Origin: Pelagomonas calceolata
Taxonomy: Eukaryota
DNA length: 64,000 bases
Assembly (NCBI GenBank): GCA_918797485.1
Contig: CAKKNE010000002.1
Span: 5,270,001-5,334,000, forward strand
Reading direction: 5' to 3'
The notes beneath the pieces were generated by a model. The model was given only the letters and a program-made list of their open reading frames with translations, searched no databases and had not been told where the DNA came from. A program made the translations under genes and the position numbers. Below, piece after piece: positions 11,619-24,000 of the stretch (positions are counted from its first letter, which is position 1; each line of letters opens with the position of its first letter).

Positions 11619-13740
11619 CTAGCGCACAAGCCCGTCCAGCGGCGCCTCGAGCCCGTCGAGGACGCCTTGCGCCGTCGACGGCGAGAGCTCGCTCGACAGC
11701 GACCGGAACGTCGTTTCCAGGTCGCGGAGCGTCGGCGACGCCTTCGACGAGCCCGACGACGGCGCCTGCTCCCTCGCCCAGCCGCGGAGCAGGGTGGCCG
11801 GCGTCTCGGACGCGTCGCGCCGCCTCGGGGGCGACGCCGACCGCGCCCTGCGCAGGCTCCGGCGACCGGCGGCGATCTGCTCCTCGAGCGAGGGCCGCGC
11901 CGGCTCCTCGGGCACAGTTGACGGTAGTTCGGGCAGCGGCGCCAGGCCCAGCAGCTGCGCCTCCGACAGCCCAAACTCCAGCTCGAACTCGACCTCCGTC
12001 GCACATTCCGCCACTAAGACATCACTCAAAGCGGCGAGGACCGCGTCGACGGCCACCGCCTCCGGGTCGAGCACGTCGCGCGCGGGTTTGGACGGCGACG
12101 CGGGCGTCCTTGCTGAAGACGCCTCGCGCTCCCTCTCCAAAGCCTTCTGCAACCTTTCCAACTCCACCAATCTCTTGGATTCGTTCTCGCGGAGCTTGGC
12201 CGACTCCCTTCTTAGAGTGGTAACTTCGGCGGCCTTTTCGATGGCGTCGTCGCGCTCCTCCTTCAAAGATTTCGCCCTTTGCGACGCGTAGTTCGCGCGG
12301 CGCTTCTCCTTTTCGACCTTCGCGGCGTTCTCCTCCTCGAGGGCCTTCAGTCTCTCGACCTCCGCTCTTAATGTTCGTAGAGCTTCTGCTCTATCCCGGG
12401 GACCCTCCCTCGCAGGGACGACGGACATGGACCGGCGCCGTCGCGGCTTCGCCGTCTCGGCCGCGTCCAACGCTAACGCAAGCGGCTTTGATGATGATGT
12501 ACCGGAGCCGTACTTGTACCGCAGTAGAGCGAAGAGCGTCTCCTCGGACCCGCGCCACTCTCTTGCTATTTGCGCCGCTCTAGGTAATAAGGAAGGGTTG
12601 TGGATGGCGTAGAACTTGCGCAAGGTCTGCGCGCAGTCGGCGCCGCGCGGCACAGGCTTGCTTCTGGACGCGTCGAAGATGGATCGTAATGAAGGCGTCG
12701 AGGGCGGCGGACACGAGGGCGCGGGGCGGCGGCGGCGGCGGGTCTGAGCGAAGCGCGACGGCGTCGTCATGGCTTGTGGCGGCTTTTCCGGAGACTTTTC
12801 GGGAGACGCTCCACCAGGCGCGCAGAGCCGCAGCCAGCGCTTCACGGCGCGCTCGCCCGCGGCGACGACGGCGGCCGCGGGCGGCCCGCGCGGCGGCTGC
12901 GGCGTCGTGTGCCGCGCCCGGAGCAGCGCGTCCCGACAGTTCGCGGCGGCGACGCACCACGCGGCCAAGCGGCCGAGGTGGACGTTCGCCTTCGCGGCGC
13001 GCGCGGGCGCGGGGAACGCCGGGTCGGCCGTGGCCACGGCGAGCTCGTAGAGGCGGCGGTGCGCGTCGGCGTCGTCGCTGAGCGCCAAAGCGGGCACGTC
13101 GAGCGCCGCGAGCGCGGCGCCGAGCCGCGGCCGCGGCTTCGCGCCCGGCGCCGCCGGCGCGCCGTCGAGCGCCGCGCGGAAGTGCGACGCCTGTGTGGTT
13201 TGACCTTTTCACGCTATACGCCATCGCCGCGGGACGCCGACTGCATACCGTAGCGGAATTGAGGCCGAGGACGTCGCACGACGCCTCGAGGACCGGCCTC
13301 TCCACATCCGTCGGCGCCCGCCGCTGGCGCCGCGCCGCCGCGGCCATGGCGTCTCGGAGTTCCGCTATTCTTGACCCTGGCGTCGCCGCTAGTGCTCGCG
13401 AGGCCGCCCTTAGTGCCAGAATGACGTCTTTGGCTTGCTGTCTCGCTCTACCGTCGGCCGTCTCCCTCGATTCCGCTCTTACAGCTGCTCGCTGCACCGC
13501 ATCTCGCCAGAGCTCCGGGTTTGCCGCGACACGGCGCCATCTGTTGTTGGTGGCCGCGGCGGCGCCGCCGGAGCCGACGTAGGCCAGGACGCGCTTGAGC
13601 AGTTTCGTCGGCAGAAATTCGGTTGCCGTGTCGTCCGGTTGATGTTTGGCTGTCGCCAATTCGTCGAGGAGCGCCGTGAGCTTGTGGAGGCGCGTCGTGA
13701 TTGGCTTGGAGTCGGGGGAGGTGCTGTGTCTGCGGCTCAT
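11619..13740 (-). CDS. F-box-like / coiled-coil / WH2-like protein; exons 13740-13249 and 13190-11619
   Basis: A 58-bp GT-AG intron (GTATGC...CCACACAG) joins ORFs 12580-13740 and 11619-13097 in frame. F-box-like LPTKLLKRVLAYV...RWRRVA...LW, helical FY..HNP...KYG motif, WH2-like SLEEQIAAGRRSLRRA. Confidence 0.65.
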
Positions 13741-14234
13741 ATTGGTGCGCTGCTGGTGCGCTCGCGCGTGGCGTTACGTCGCAGCGCTCGGAATGTGTTA
13801 CGTGTGTCGAATGCTGCGTTCTTATGGCGTGCGCGATTCGCTTCCGTCGCAACCGTGAAAGTGCTCGAACCCGATTTGGGCAAACCAAAGTTGGAGGTCC
13901 TCCGGCCTATCGCCGGTCCTTGTATGCGGTGTAAGGTCGGAAGAAGCGGCATTTTAGAAATGCGTTCGGGTCCTTACCTAGTAGGAAAAAACACTAGCCT
14001 CCAGCCACGTAGGCTGCCGCTGGTCTTTCTTTATTGTCGCTATAGGCCATCGGGAAGCAGGGCCAGGCGAAAAAAACATGTGCCTATAGCGCTGGGACAA
14101 CTCCTGGCACCTGGCGCAAGCGATAGAACAGCTTTGCGGCGCGCGCCGCGCCGAAACGCCGCTTTAGAAGGTCGTCGCTGCTTCAGAAAGCGCAACTTCG
14201 CCGCGAGGGCCAGCAAGCTTCGTCCGCCGCAACC

Positions 14235-14759
14235 ATGAGCTTCGTCCGCTCCGACGCGCGGCGCAAGGAGCTCAACGCGAAGTTCGGCGCCAACGCCTGG
14301 GCGCCGCCGTCCCCCGCGACCGCGCGGCGGACGCTTAGGACCGCGCAGCCGTTTTTGACGGGCTGCCGCGTCTGCGGCGCCGAGGACGCCGAATACTTTT
14401 TCCGAGACCGCCGCTTCTGCCGCGCGCACTGCCCGTGGAAGGCGCTCATCGCGTCGTCGTCGGAGCCGCCACCGCCGGCGGCGCCGGTGATCATGCACGC
14501 GCCGAAGCGCCGTCGGATCGTGCCGACCGCGGACGAGCTGCTGCCGCCGTCGCCGACGTCCGTCGTCTCCGCCGCCATCACGCCGGCCATCACGCCGTCG
14601 GGCAGCGACGCGAAGATGTCGGACCTCGACGAGGAGGTCAGCGCCGTCTCGATCTCGCCGCCGCCGTCGCCGACCCTGGCGCGGGGCAAGCGGCTCGCGA
14701 CAGCTGCGCCCGGCTTCCCGCCGGGCTTCGACGCCCGCGCCGTGCGGCTCGTCGGTTGA
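14235..14759 (+). CDS. Hypothetical protein
   Basis: CAACCATG start, high GC3, CxxC...CxxHC motif; no family recognised. Confidence 0.4.
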   Translation: MSFVRSDARRKELNAKFGANAWAPPSPATARRTLRTAQPFLTGCRVCGAEDAEYFFRDRRFCRAHCPWKALIASSSEPPPPAAPVIMHAPKRRRIVPTADELLPPSPTSVVSAAITPAITPSGSDAKMSDLDEEVSAVSISPPPSPTLARGKRLATAAPGFPPGFDARAVRLVG

Positions 14760-15074
14760 CGCTCTCCGGGCCCGCGCGCAAGCGCGGGAGCGTCCGCCAC
14801 CTTGGCGGCCGCGCGTCGCAGGCCCCGCCTGCGCGCCCCGGCACCCAATGCCAATTCAGGATTATTAAAAATATGTTATTCAAAGACTGCCTTCACTGCG
14901 CGCGTCGATCTCGTCGGCCTGGCTTATGCGCCTCGGCGAGAGATAGACGGACCCGCGCGTGGGGCCAAGGACCATTCAGCCCATTAGGGAAGCAGAAGTA
15001 AAAGACGGGCAGAGGGTCGCTAGATCGCTACACACGCCGACGGCAGAACGACCAGAAAGACCAAAACACGGTAC

Positions 15075-18000
15075 CTAGTACACCCCCCCGCCCGCGCCAC
15101 AGACCCCAGGATGCGCCTTGAGCAGCACCTTCTTGAAGTGCGCGTCGCCCCGCAGCACCAGCCCGAGCGCGCGCCGCGCGCCCGCCGACCGCCCCGTCGT
15201 CGTCCCCTTCGTCGGGAAGGGCTGGAGCAGGCGGTGCGTGCCGCCGCCGGCTTCCGCCGTGTCCTGGCGGCCCCGTACCACGCCCTTGACGTCGCCGTTT
15301 TTGAGGACGTGGACCAACGCCGAAAGGGCGCCGCCCGCGCCCCAGTGCCGCAACCCGTCGTCGCCGGCGGCGGCCATGACGCTCAGCGCCTCCAAGGCGA
15401 CGTCGGCCTCCTCTTCCGAGGAATCTTGAGAACGGGCCGAGCGAGCACAACACGCGACCCACGGCGCCTGGCAGAAGGCCCGCGCGAGCCGCACGCGCGG
15501 GTCCTTGGCCACGGAGGCCGCGGACGCGTCGGGGTCCCGTCTCAGTCTAGATAAAGAATCGAAGCCCGCTGCACAGGCGTTCAGGCAGCACCGCAGCGTC
15601 GCCGTGCGCACGTCGTTGTTGATGTCAGAAGCTAAAGGTAGTAGTAGAGTAGCGCAGTCGGCGTCCGCCAACTCCTTCGCGGCCGAGTCCTGCTCCGCCT
15701 CCAGTCGAAACACGTTGGCGAAGGCCGTGGCGGCCGCCTTTCTGTTTGTAGTACCAGCACCGGGTCGAGCCAAAGCTCGACAAGCATGCACCACCGTCGC
15801 CAAATAACCAGGCGCCACGCGCGTAAAGGCCTCCGATAATTCATCGCTCTCAACCACAGGAAACGCCGCGTCGCCGTACAACGCCTTCGCCGCGGCGCGA
15901 CAGGCCACTTCCGCGTGATCCGCGGCGGGGGCGTCCGGATCGTCAGCAAGAACCAGAATCTTCGTAATTAACGACGCGGCGGCGGCGGCGCAGTCCTCGT
16001 GGGCGTCCCCCGTCAACTTCTCCAGCCTCTTCAAATTCAGAGCGACGTCCACGACGCGGTGCGGCACGTCGTGGCGGTTGACCATCGCGTCGCAGACCGC
16101 CTCGTTGATCCGACGCGAGCGCCGGTCGTCGCAGGGCAAGCCGGCGGCTAGTCGTTCCGCAGCTCTACAAGCATCGATAAACTTCTCCGCTGTTTCTGTC
16201 CTCATCTCGCCCCGGCCGACGTCGAGCTCGGCATCGAGCAAAGGCCCCACCACTCGATGCTCGAGCCAGGCCCACGGTTTGGCTTCTCCTCGTACGAAGC
16301 GTTTGGCTTCATCGAAGGCCGTTTCGCTCACGTCCAACCATCTAGCTGCTAGCAGGTCGCGACATAAGGGCCGTTCTGAGGGATCCGGCCTGAGACAAGC
16401 CATGGCGCAGCATAAAAGCACGCCGCCCGGCGGCGACGGCGGCGTCGCATGGAGGGCGTCCTCGATCTCCTCTCCGAGCAATTGGGGGTCGTTCTCGCAG
16501 GCCCGACACAACGCGCGCGCGCCGTCCTTGTCAAGCGGAAAACCGAACGCATCGCCCAACACGGCCAGAAGAGCTTCCTCCGTGAGCACCTCATCGTTTC
16601 TCGCTTCTATAGATTCAAGAATGTCATCAGCCAGTGAGGTCGTAGCTCTTTTGGACCTATGAGCTGATAACAACCGAGCATGTGATTCTAACGCTTCCCG
16701 GACCTCGTCTATCTTCGTCGCGTCTCTACGTTTTCGTTGAGGCACCCAGGCCGCGGGCCAGGAGCCCCCATCCAGAGCTTTCAAAGCGTGGCCCGCCTTG
16801 ACGCCCTCGTCGACGAGACCACTCGTCTGCGGCGCCCGGTGGTTACGTTTGGGCGACGGCGCGTGGAAGGGCGCGTAGTGGAAGTCTCGTGCTACTTCTC
16901 TCAAGTCTTCTTCGGTACAACCTCTTCTAGATAAGAAGGCTGAGAGCTGCGGGCCGTAGGGCGCGGGCCGGTCTCCCGCGGCCAGCTCGAACGCCAGTAC
17001 TCCTAGCCCCCAGCTGTCCCAGGTCAAAGTGGGAGCGTCTTCCGTCACTCGGTAAGAATGCCTCGAACACCCGGAGCAGGAGGGCCCTTGCATATTTACC
17101 ACTATGCATTCGGGAGGCGTCAGCGCATCAGAAGCGTCCAAGCTTTGAGTATCCTCGGTGAACACACCATCTTCTAACTTAAATGGATCGACCAAACAGA
17201 GCTTGCAGGCCTCGCCCCGGTGGCCATCTACTAAAATAACGTCGGACCGGAGATGCCTCACGAGCAGCCCGAACGCGTGGCAGTGGCCCACGGCCTTTAG
17301 TATTTGCCCGAACCACAACGCGCCTACTCCATCGAGAACGCCGTCCGTGCCCAGGCCTCCCCGGTCATCTAGTAGAGAGCGTAGTGGTATGAGTCGAGAA
17401 CCCGGGTCGCTGAAGACGAGCGCATCTAACTCTTCCGCTAAAGTTAACTGTGTGACTAGGGACGAGCACTTCGCTAGTGAAGGCGACGATGCGATATGTG
17501 ACGTAGAAAAGGTACCACGACGTATCCTACAAAGTAACACGTCGCTCCGGTCTGAGCACCGCGCTTCTCTAAACGTACAGAAGCCCGCCTCGCCCCGGAT
17601 TCGACCCTCCTTCTTCAGTTGCAACTTACTGTTCTCCGGAGGCTTCAGCTTTTCTGCCTTCTCCGCGTCGACCTCCTCGACGCACCGGTCGCGGGCGAGC
17701 TGGAGTAAGGCCGCGTCCACGCGTCGAGACGCCGGATCCGCCGCACACAGGGCCTCCTTCCGCGCCAGTGATAACCTATCTCGCCATGCGGAAGCTTCCT
17801 GGTGCCGCGACCACGCGGCCAGCCACCCCCCGTCCAGGTCCCGATCCTGCGCCGCACTCGCGACGCGCCGACAGTCGTCCTTCAGCAACGAACCGAGATC
17901 CGACGCTAAGATGGCGTCCTCCATCTTTGGGGCATCCAACTCGACGGCGGGCGGCAGGAACTCCGGAAGTTCTCGGGTCGTCTGGAGGAGGGATGGAGGC

Positions 18001-21000
18001 TGCGTTACTGGTCTGGTCAACGCCAGCCCAGCAGGCGGCGTCAGGGCGTATGCCGCACTTCGATCGGCTCGCTCCAGTAAGTCTGTTAACGTGATGCCCG
18101 TCTTCGGCGGAACGTCGGACAGCCCAAAGGCCGTCGCGTCGAAAAGATCCTGATCTCGTAGGAACTGTAATACGATGGAAGCGTATGGTTTAGCTAAGCC
18201 AGTAGCGGCAACTGCTTTCCTATGCGCCTCAGTGGCGTGGAACCTCCTGACAGCTCTCGCTTCTCGCGTGGTGGAGGGCCTCCCCAACGCTTCGCGGAAG
18301 GCTTTTGCTAACTCAACTCGCCTCGCCTGCCGCTGGGGCCTCAGGACCACATCCCTCGCACAGATCGCGACGGCATCATCGCGACTACGAGCGGCTTGCG
18401 ACGCCTCGAGCAGCCCCCGGCACTGATCTGAAAGCCCGCCGCGGATCGCGTGGAGCTTGACGCGCCACCCACACAACGCCGCGTGCGCCGCGAGTTGCCC
18501 GGCCGGCCTTTCTTTTGGGCGGACACCAGCACGTTCTCTTCTAGATCCGATGGCCGCTCTCCCAAGGGCCCAGCAGCACACGGCTCGACGCGTCGTCTTC
18601 CCGTCGCTCAGCCTCACGTCCGCCGCGAGGAGTTCGCAGGCCGTGTCATTTTGAGTGGAGAACGCAGCACCGGGGTCGAAGCGCGTGGCTCGGATGACGT
18701 GCGTGACGTCCTCGCGGGGGTCCTGGCCCGCTCTTACGAACAGTGCGAGGTCGAGACCGAGCTTCTGCAGCGTGTCGCCGTCGCCGCCCCTTGAACGAGC
18801 GAGTAACGGCCGGTCGACGGCGTCTGCCACGCTCTTGATGGCCGTTAACAAAGTACTAACAGAAGTATGCTTCGAGGAAGAGCAGTAGGCTATTCTGAGC
18901 ATTCTATGACGTTCCTGGAAGGCTCTCTTGAGTCCAGCATCTCCCGTTTCAAATAAAGCAGCATCTTTATTACGTAGGAGGACGCACCGGTAGTCAAAGG
19001 AATCCGCCACCGACACGATGACGTCGCCGTCGTCCAACATAAAGAGGTAGGCCACGAAATCACCTCGGTCGTCGATGGCCCTTGCACTTCGACAAGCTTC
19101 CGAAGAGGCGTCGATGCGCGACTCCTTGGCACCTAGCGCGAGGGACACCGTCTTGAGGAGCGTCGACTGGACCTTGGCCCGTTTGTTGGACAGCAACTCG
19201 TCGCCTTCACTATCCCCCCAGGGGTTGTGCGCGATGGCGCTCTTCAGGGACACCTCGCGAGCACCACAGGACTCGACGGCGCACCACTCGTCTTCTAGTG
19301 CCCGATAATAGCCGGGCGTGGCACAAACATGAGGAGCCTGCGAAAAGGCCACGACGCCTCGACAGTCGCCTCGCGGGTCCCAGAGCTTGATGGCTCCGTC
19401 GGCCGAGGCGCTTGCAAGTAATCCAGACAACGGCGCGTAGGTCAGAGCCGTCACCGACGCCTCGCATTCTAGAATGCGCTTCGCGCCGACATAGGTAGAA
19501 GGTTCCTCCAGTACAAGATCCTCCAACGTGTCTAAGCGAACGAAGCCGTCGTTGCCCGACGACGCCGCGAGCGCGTAGGCCGCTTCTTCCGGTTCTAATT
19601 GTGTCAGTAGATCATCATCAACACTACCAATGAGTAGCTCTTTCAGGGACTGCAGACCAACGGCGACGTGCGAGGCCGGCACCGCGCCGCAGCCTCTTGC
19701 ATCCCAGGCCTCAAAGAGCCGTTCGAGGCCTAATTGTCTTTTCCCGTGCCGCACTGTTACGTTCGAGCCTCTCTTGAGTCTCCCGGGCCTATCGTCTTCG
19801 CAGTCCGGTCGATAGTCCGACGGCGGCGCTCTCAATCGTTTCGGAGGCAGTAACTCCGCCGAGCCGTCGTCCTCGAAGATCACTTCCACCAAATCCAAAT
19901 CTTCCAAGATACTACCGACAGTACCATCGCGATAGCCCGGCCGCGGCCCGGCTTGAGCGACCGCGGCCGACACCACAGCTCTTAAAGCAAGTAGACCTCT
20001 CGACTCGAGCGGCTTATTAGCCGCGGGCCAGATTCGGATGGAAGCGTCGGCACTTCCCGTCGCGTACAACCGCAAGTCCGGTACCGAGACGGCGCAATTC
20101 ACATCGCGCGCGTGGCCGCAGAAGACGCGTCTCACGTCACCAGTCGTCGCGTCGAAGGCGTAGACGCGGTCGTCGCCCACCACACTACCAACGATACAGC
20201 CTTCGTGGGGCGCGGCCACGAACTTATCTAACGAGCCATCACTGCACCACCGCGGGTCCATGAGTCCCGAGGCGTCGGGCGCGTCCCAGAAGCCCCGCTT
20301 GCCAAACGACCGCATCTTTGGTAAGGATAGCTTCAGGCGCTTGATGCGAGATAATCCTGAGAGTTCATGGACTCTTATACATCTATCTCCACATGTGGTA
20401 TTGACGTACAACGCCCTACCAGCAGTATCTAGGTACAGGATCTGTTGCCGAGGGTAGATGGACAGCATCCGCTTCGCCAGGGAGCGAGGTAGCGGCCTCG
20501 CTTCTTCCGAAGGATGCGCCTCCGGGCTGACACAGAGAAACGGCGCTTTCCCTACTCTTTTACACGTCGTCGTGTCCCACGCGTCGAGGACGCCGTCGGA
20601 CGTCAGCGCGAACACCAAGGAGTGGATCGGATCGCATACAACCTCCAGCAGCTCAGCTTTTACGTTTGTAATAGATGAAGCTAAGTCCGCGGCGGTCTCG
20701 TCGTGCGGTGCAGTCTTTGATGAGTCCAGCCGTAGCAAGTCGCAAGGACCCCTCCGGTAGACCTCAGTAGGTTCTCTTGTACCTAGCTCGCCATACACTA
20801 AGGCTTCGACGTGGCGCCATCTCACATACGTATCTTTCTGTCCTATACTAGATAGCGTGTCCCTTAGTGAAGGATCACCGAGCCCCAGGAACCGTCTCAC
20901 CAAATCGTCCTTCTTGCACTCGGCTACAAACAAGTCGCCGGGGGCACCCGCCTTCTTGGTTGTTTTGCACGCCTTCGCATAGAGCTTCCTTAGTATCTGT

Positions 21001-24000
21001 AGACAAGCTCTCCGCCAGCCGTTGACACCACCACCCACAAAGTACCCATTGATCAAAGGTACGTTCTGATCAGTTAAGTGCCTTGCTCTTGCATCGACGA
21101 AATCATCTACAGACAAAGCGTCTCTACCAGCAGCCGTTAGCGATTCTACGGTCCTCTGGATAATGTCTCGTTCCGTCTGTGAGGGACCTCGCCCTTCCAG
21201 ATCAGTGAAAGCGGAAGGTAAATTAGCGAAGGGTAACCGACCTGAGGCGTCCATGTGGCCCCGGAACACGAGATCCAAGTCTCTCAGCGCTCGCTCAGTC
21301 AACTTCTTGCGCTCCGACGCCTCGTCGCACGACTTAGACGGTGGTAGATCTCTTTCTAGCAACTCAGTAGCGTCGCCGCGCCACAGTCGCGGCAGCACGT
21401 CCCGCGCGAAGGAGACCTCATGCTCACCGTCAAGGTCGGCGAACGCCGCCGCGACGTCAGCGTCGTCGCGCGCGCCCTGCTCCAGAGCTGAGGCCGACGC
21501 TCGTCCCGAGCATTGTGGGTCTATACGATCGAACAGCCGACACAGATCCGACAGCGAAAAGCCCTCGCCGTACGACTTGAGGAGGCCATCCTCGGTCACG
21601 AGCAGCCGTCCGAGAGCCGGGGAACAGCCCGCTAGCGACGCGTCCGCTGCACAGAAGACGGGCCTCGCTACCACGACTGATCGGGGAATGAATCGCGAGT
21701 CCTGCCGCTGTTGCTGTGCACGGCCCCGCACGACGCGCTCGCCCTCATTTGATGCTGTTTGTATCATATCAGCCAGTAGAGAGTGGACACAAAGTATGGC
21801 TTGGGCCTTGTTAAACTGCTCCCGTTCGTCCTTACCAGGCGTGTACATCTGCACCAAAGTGTGCGCGCCGTAGCTCCGTTCGAGCGGTGCGGACAAAATG
21901 ATACTACCAAGTCCGATCACGAACTTCTCCTCTTTATGTTCGCCAGAACCAATAATAGCCTTGGCGCCGATCTCCCACTCGTGGGCGTTGTCGATTTCTA
22001 GCTTAGTGTCGCCTTTTTGTGCAGCTTTCGACAGTGTAGAAGAAACTTCGGTCGGGCCGCCCCCATCTTTTGCAGCGCCGCGCGTCGTAGTAGTGCGCCC
22101 CTTCTTCGCGGGGGCCTTCCTGGCGGGCGCCTTCTTCTTCGCTGGAGCTTTGGCAGGAACAGCCTTCGGTGCCGCGACAGGCTTTCGTGCCTTGGCCTCG
22201 TGGAGCTTCTTGGCCAGGTCATCAGCTAGTTTCTTCGTCTTGAGCAACTCCTTCTCGCGCTCGGCGAGTTCGCGCTTCTTCGTTAACGCCAAAGTCTCCA
22301 TTTCTTGCAGCCGAGCCTCGACCTTCGGGTCCAGAGGCTTGATGACAGGAGCCGCGTTCTCCTTCTTCGCCGTCTTCAGGGGTTGGGTCTTGGCCTTGCG
22401 CGTCGTCGCGGACTTCTTGACCTGCCTTTGCGTCGTCTTGGACAGGGGCTTACTCTTCTCCTTCGCAGAAGCCTTCTTACGGGAGGCCCGGTCCTTCAGA
22501 GGCCCTTGGCACGACTCTAATTCAAGCAAGCGAGCCTGCAACGCCGGAACGTCGAAACCAGAGCTCATGGTCCAGACGCCCGGCTCGTTCTCTCGGAATC
22601 CTAGACTGGTCATGAGGTCGAGCCCGCCCGGGACGACCTTCAGAGTAGATTCGAATTTCGCGTTCGTCGCTTGGATGCGCCGCTTCCTGTCGTCCTTCGG
22701 GTCCTGCAACACGTTCTTGACGTACGTCACGGCTAACTCAAGAGCTCCCGACCACGCGCCGGGGTCTCCTGACAAAGAATCGACGGCTTTGCTTACCGCG
22801 GCGATGTCTGGTATGGGCAGGTCGAGGGTCTTGCTTCGACCCTCGAGTTCTTGACGAGCAGCCTTCAGCTTCTCCAGAACAGGATCAGGCACGGAGTCCC
22901 ACCGCCGACCGTCCGGGTCCCGCAATGCCAATACGGAGCCGTTTTCCTCCAACGAGAACCCGCACGCCTGCAATAGAGCGACACCGCCCGCGAACCTCGC
23001 AAATCTTTCTTTGGTCGACATGCGCCAGTATTTCGGCTCGTGGGGCGCTTCCAAAATCTTCTGGCAGCACCGCATCGTATAGGATACGACGTCTTGGACG
23101 TCCTTGGGCTTCGCGCTCAACCTTAAAACACCTAGCGCCGAAGCAATAGCATCATCATCCTCATCAGTATCTCCTTTCTTCGCTTTGGCCTTGGCTGGAA
23201 CGGCGAACGACGACGCGACGCTATGTAGGAAATCGTCAAATGACACCGCGCCGTCCTGGTCGAGATCCCGCTGCGCAATCCAGGCCGGAATCATGAAGGC
23301 TTCCCTGCCATCGCGCGCGAAGGCAATTTTCAAATCTCGTGTAGTAATGTAGTCGTCTCCGTCAACGTCGAGGTTCTCGAACGCCTTCCGGCAGAGCTGC
23401 AATTGGGCCTCGCGCACCTTGTCGCCCTTCAAACTTTTCTCGAGGTCGCTCGGTTCGCGCTTCTTGTTCCCCTTGGCGTCGGCCTTGGCCTTGCCCTTCG
23501 ATTCCGCTCGTTCCTTGCCCTTTGACTCCTTTCCGCGCTTGCCGACGCCGGCGCGCTCGGCGAGTAATTTTTCCTTCGCCGTCGCACCCTTCTTGCCCGT
23601 GGCGCCCTTGGTGTCTTCCACGGCGGCGTAGTTCTTGAGGGCGGCGTCCACATCAGCTAAAGCCTTGTGCAAGAAACTTTTTGTTTCTTTGTCGAGCTGG
23701 TGCATACTGAACGCTCTAGAGCCTTTCGACGCCTCCGGTTTGTCTTGCTGCAGGCCTCTCCTTTCGAGTGAATAAGTCGCCGTCTTCGGGTCGTCGCCGT
23801 CACTCTTGAAACCAATAGCCTCTAGCAAGCGAGGCCCTCCTTCGTGGCGCGTCAGACACCGTCGCACGACGGCATTCGTACCTCTCACTCTAAAAACCCT
23901 TTGATCACCGGGCGTCTTCAGGACATTTTCTACGAGTCGTTTGGCCAACCTTAAAGCCTGTCGTATATCCTCATCGGTCATGCGAGAATCTTGGAATTCT

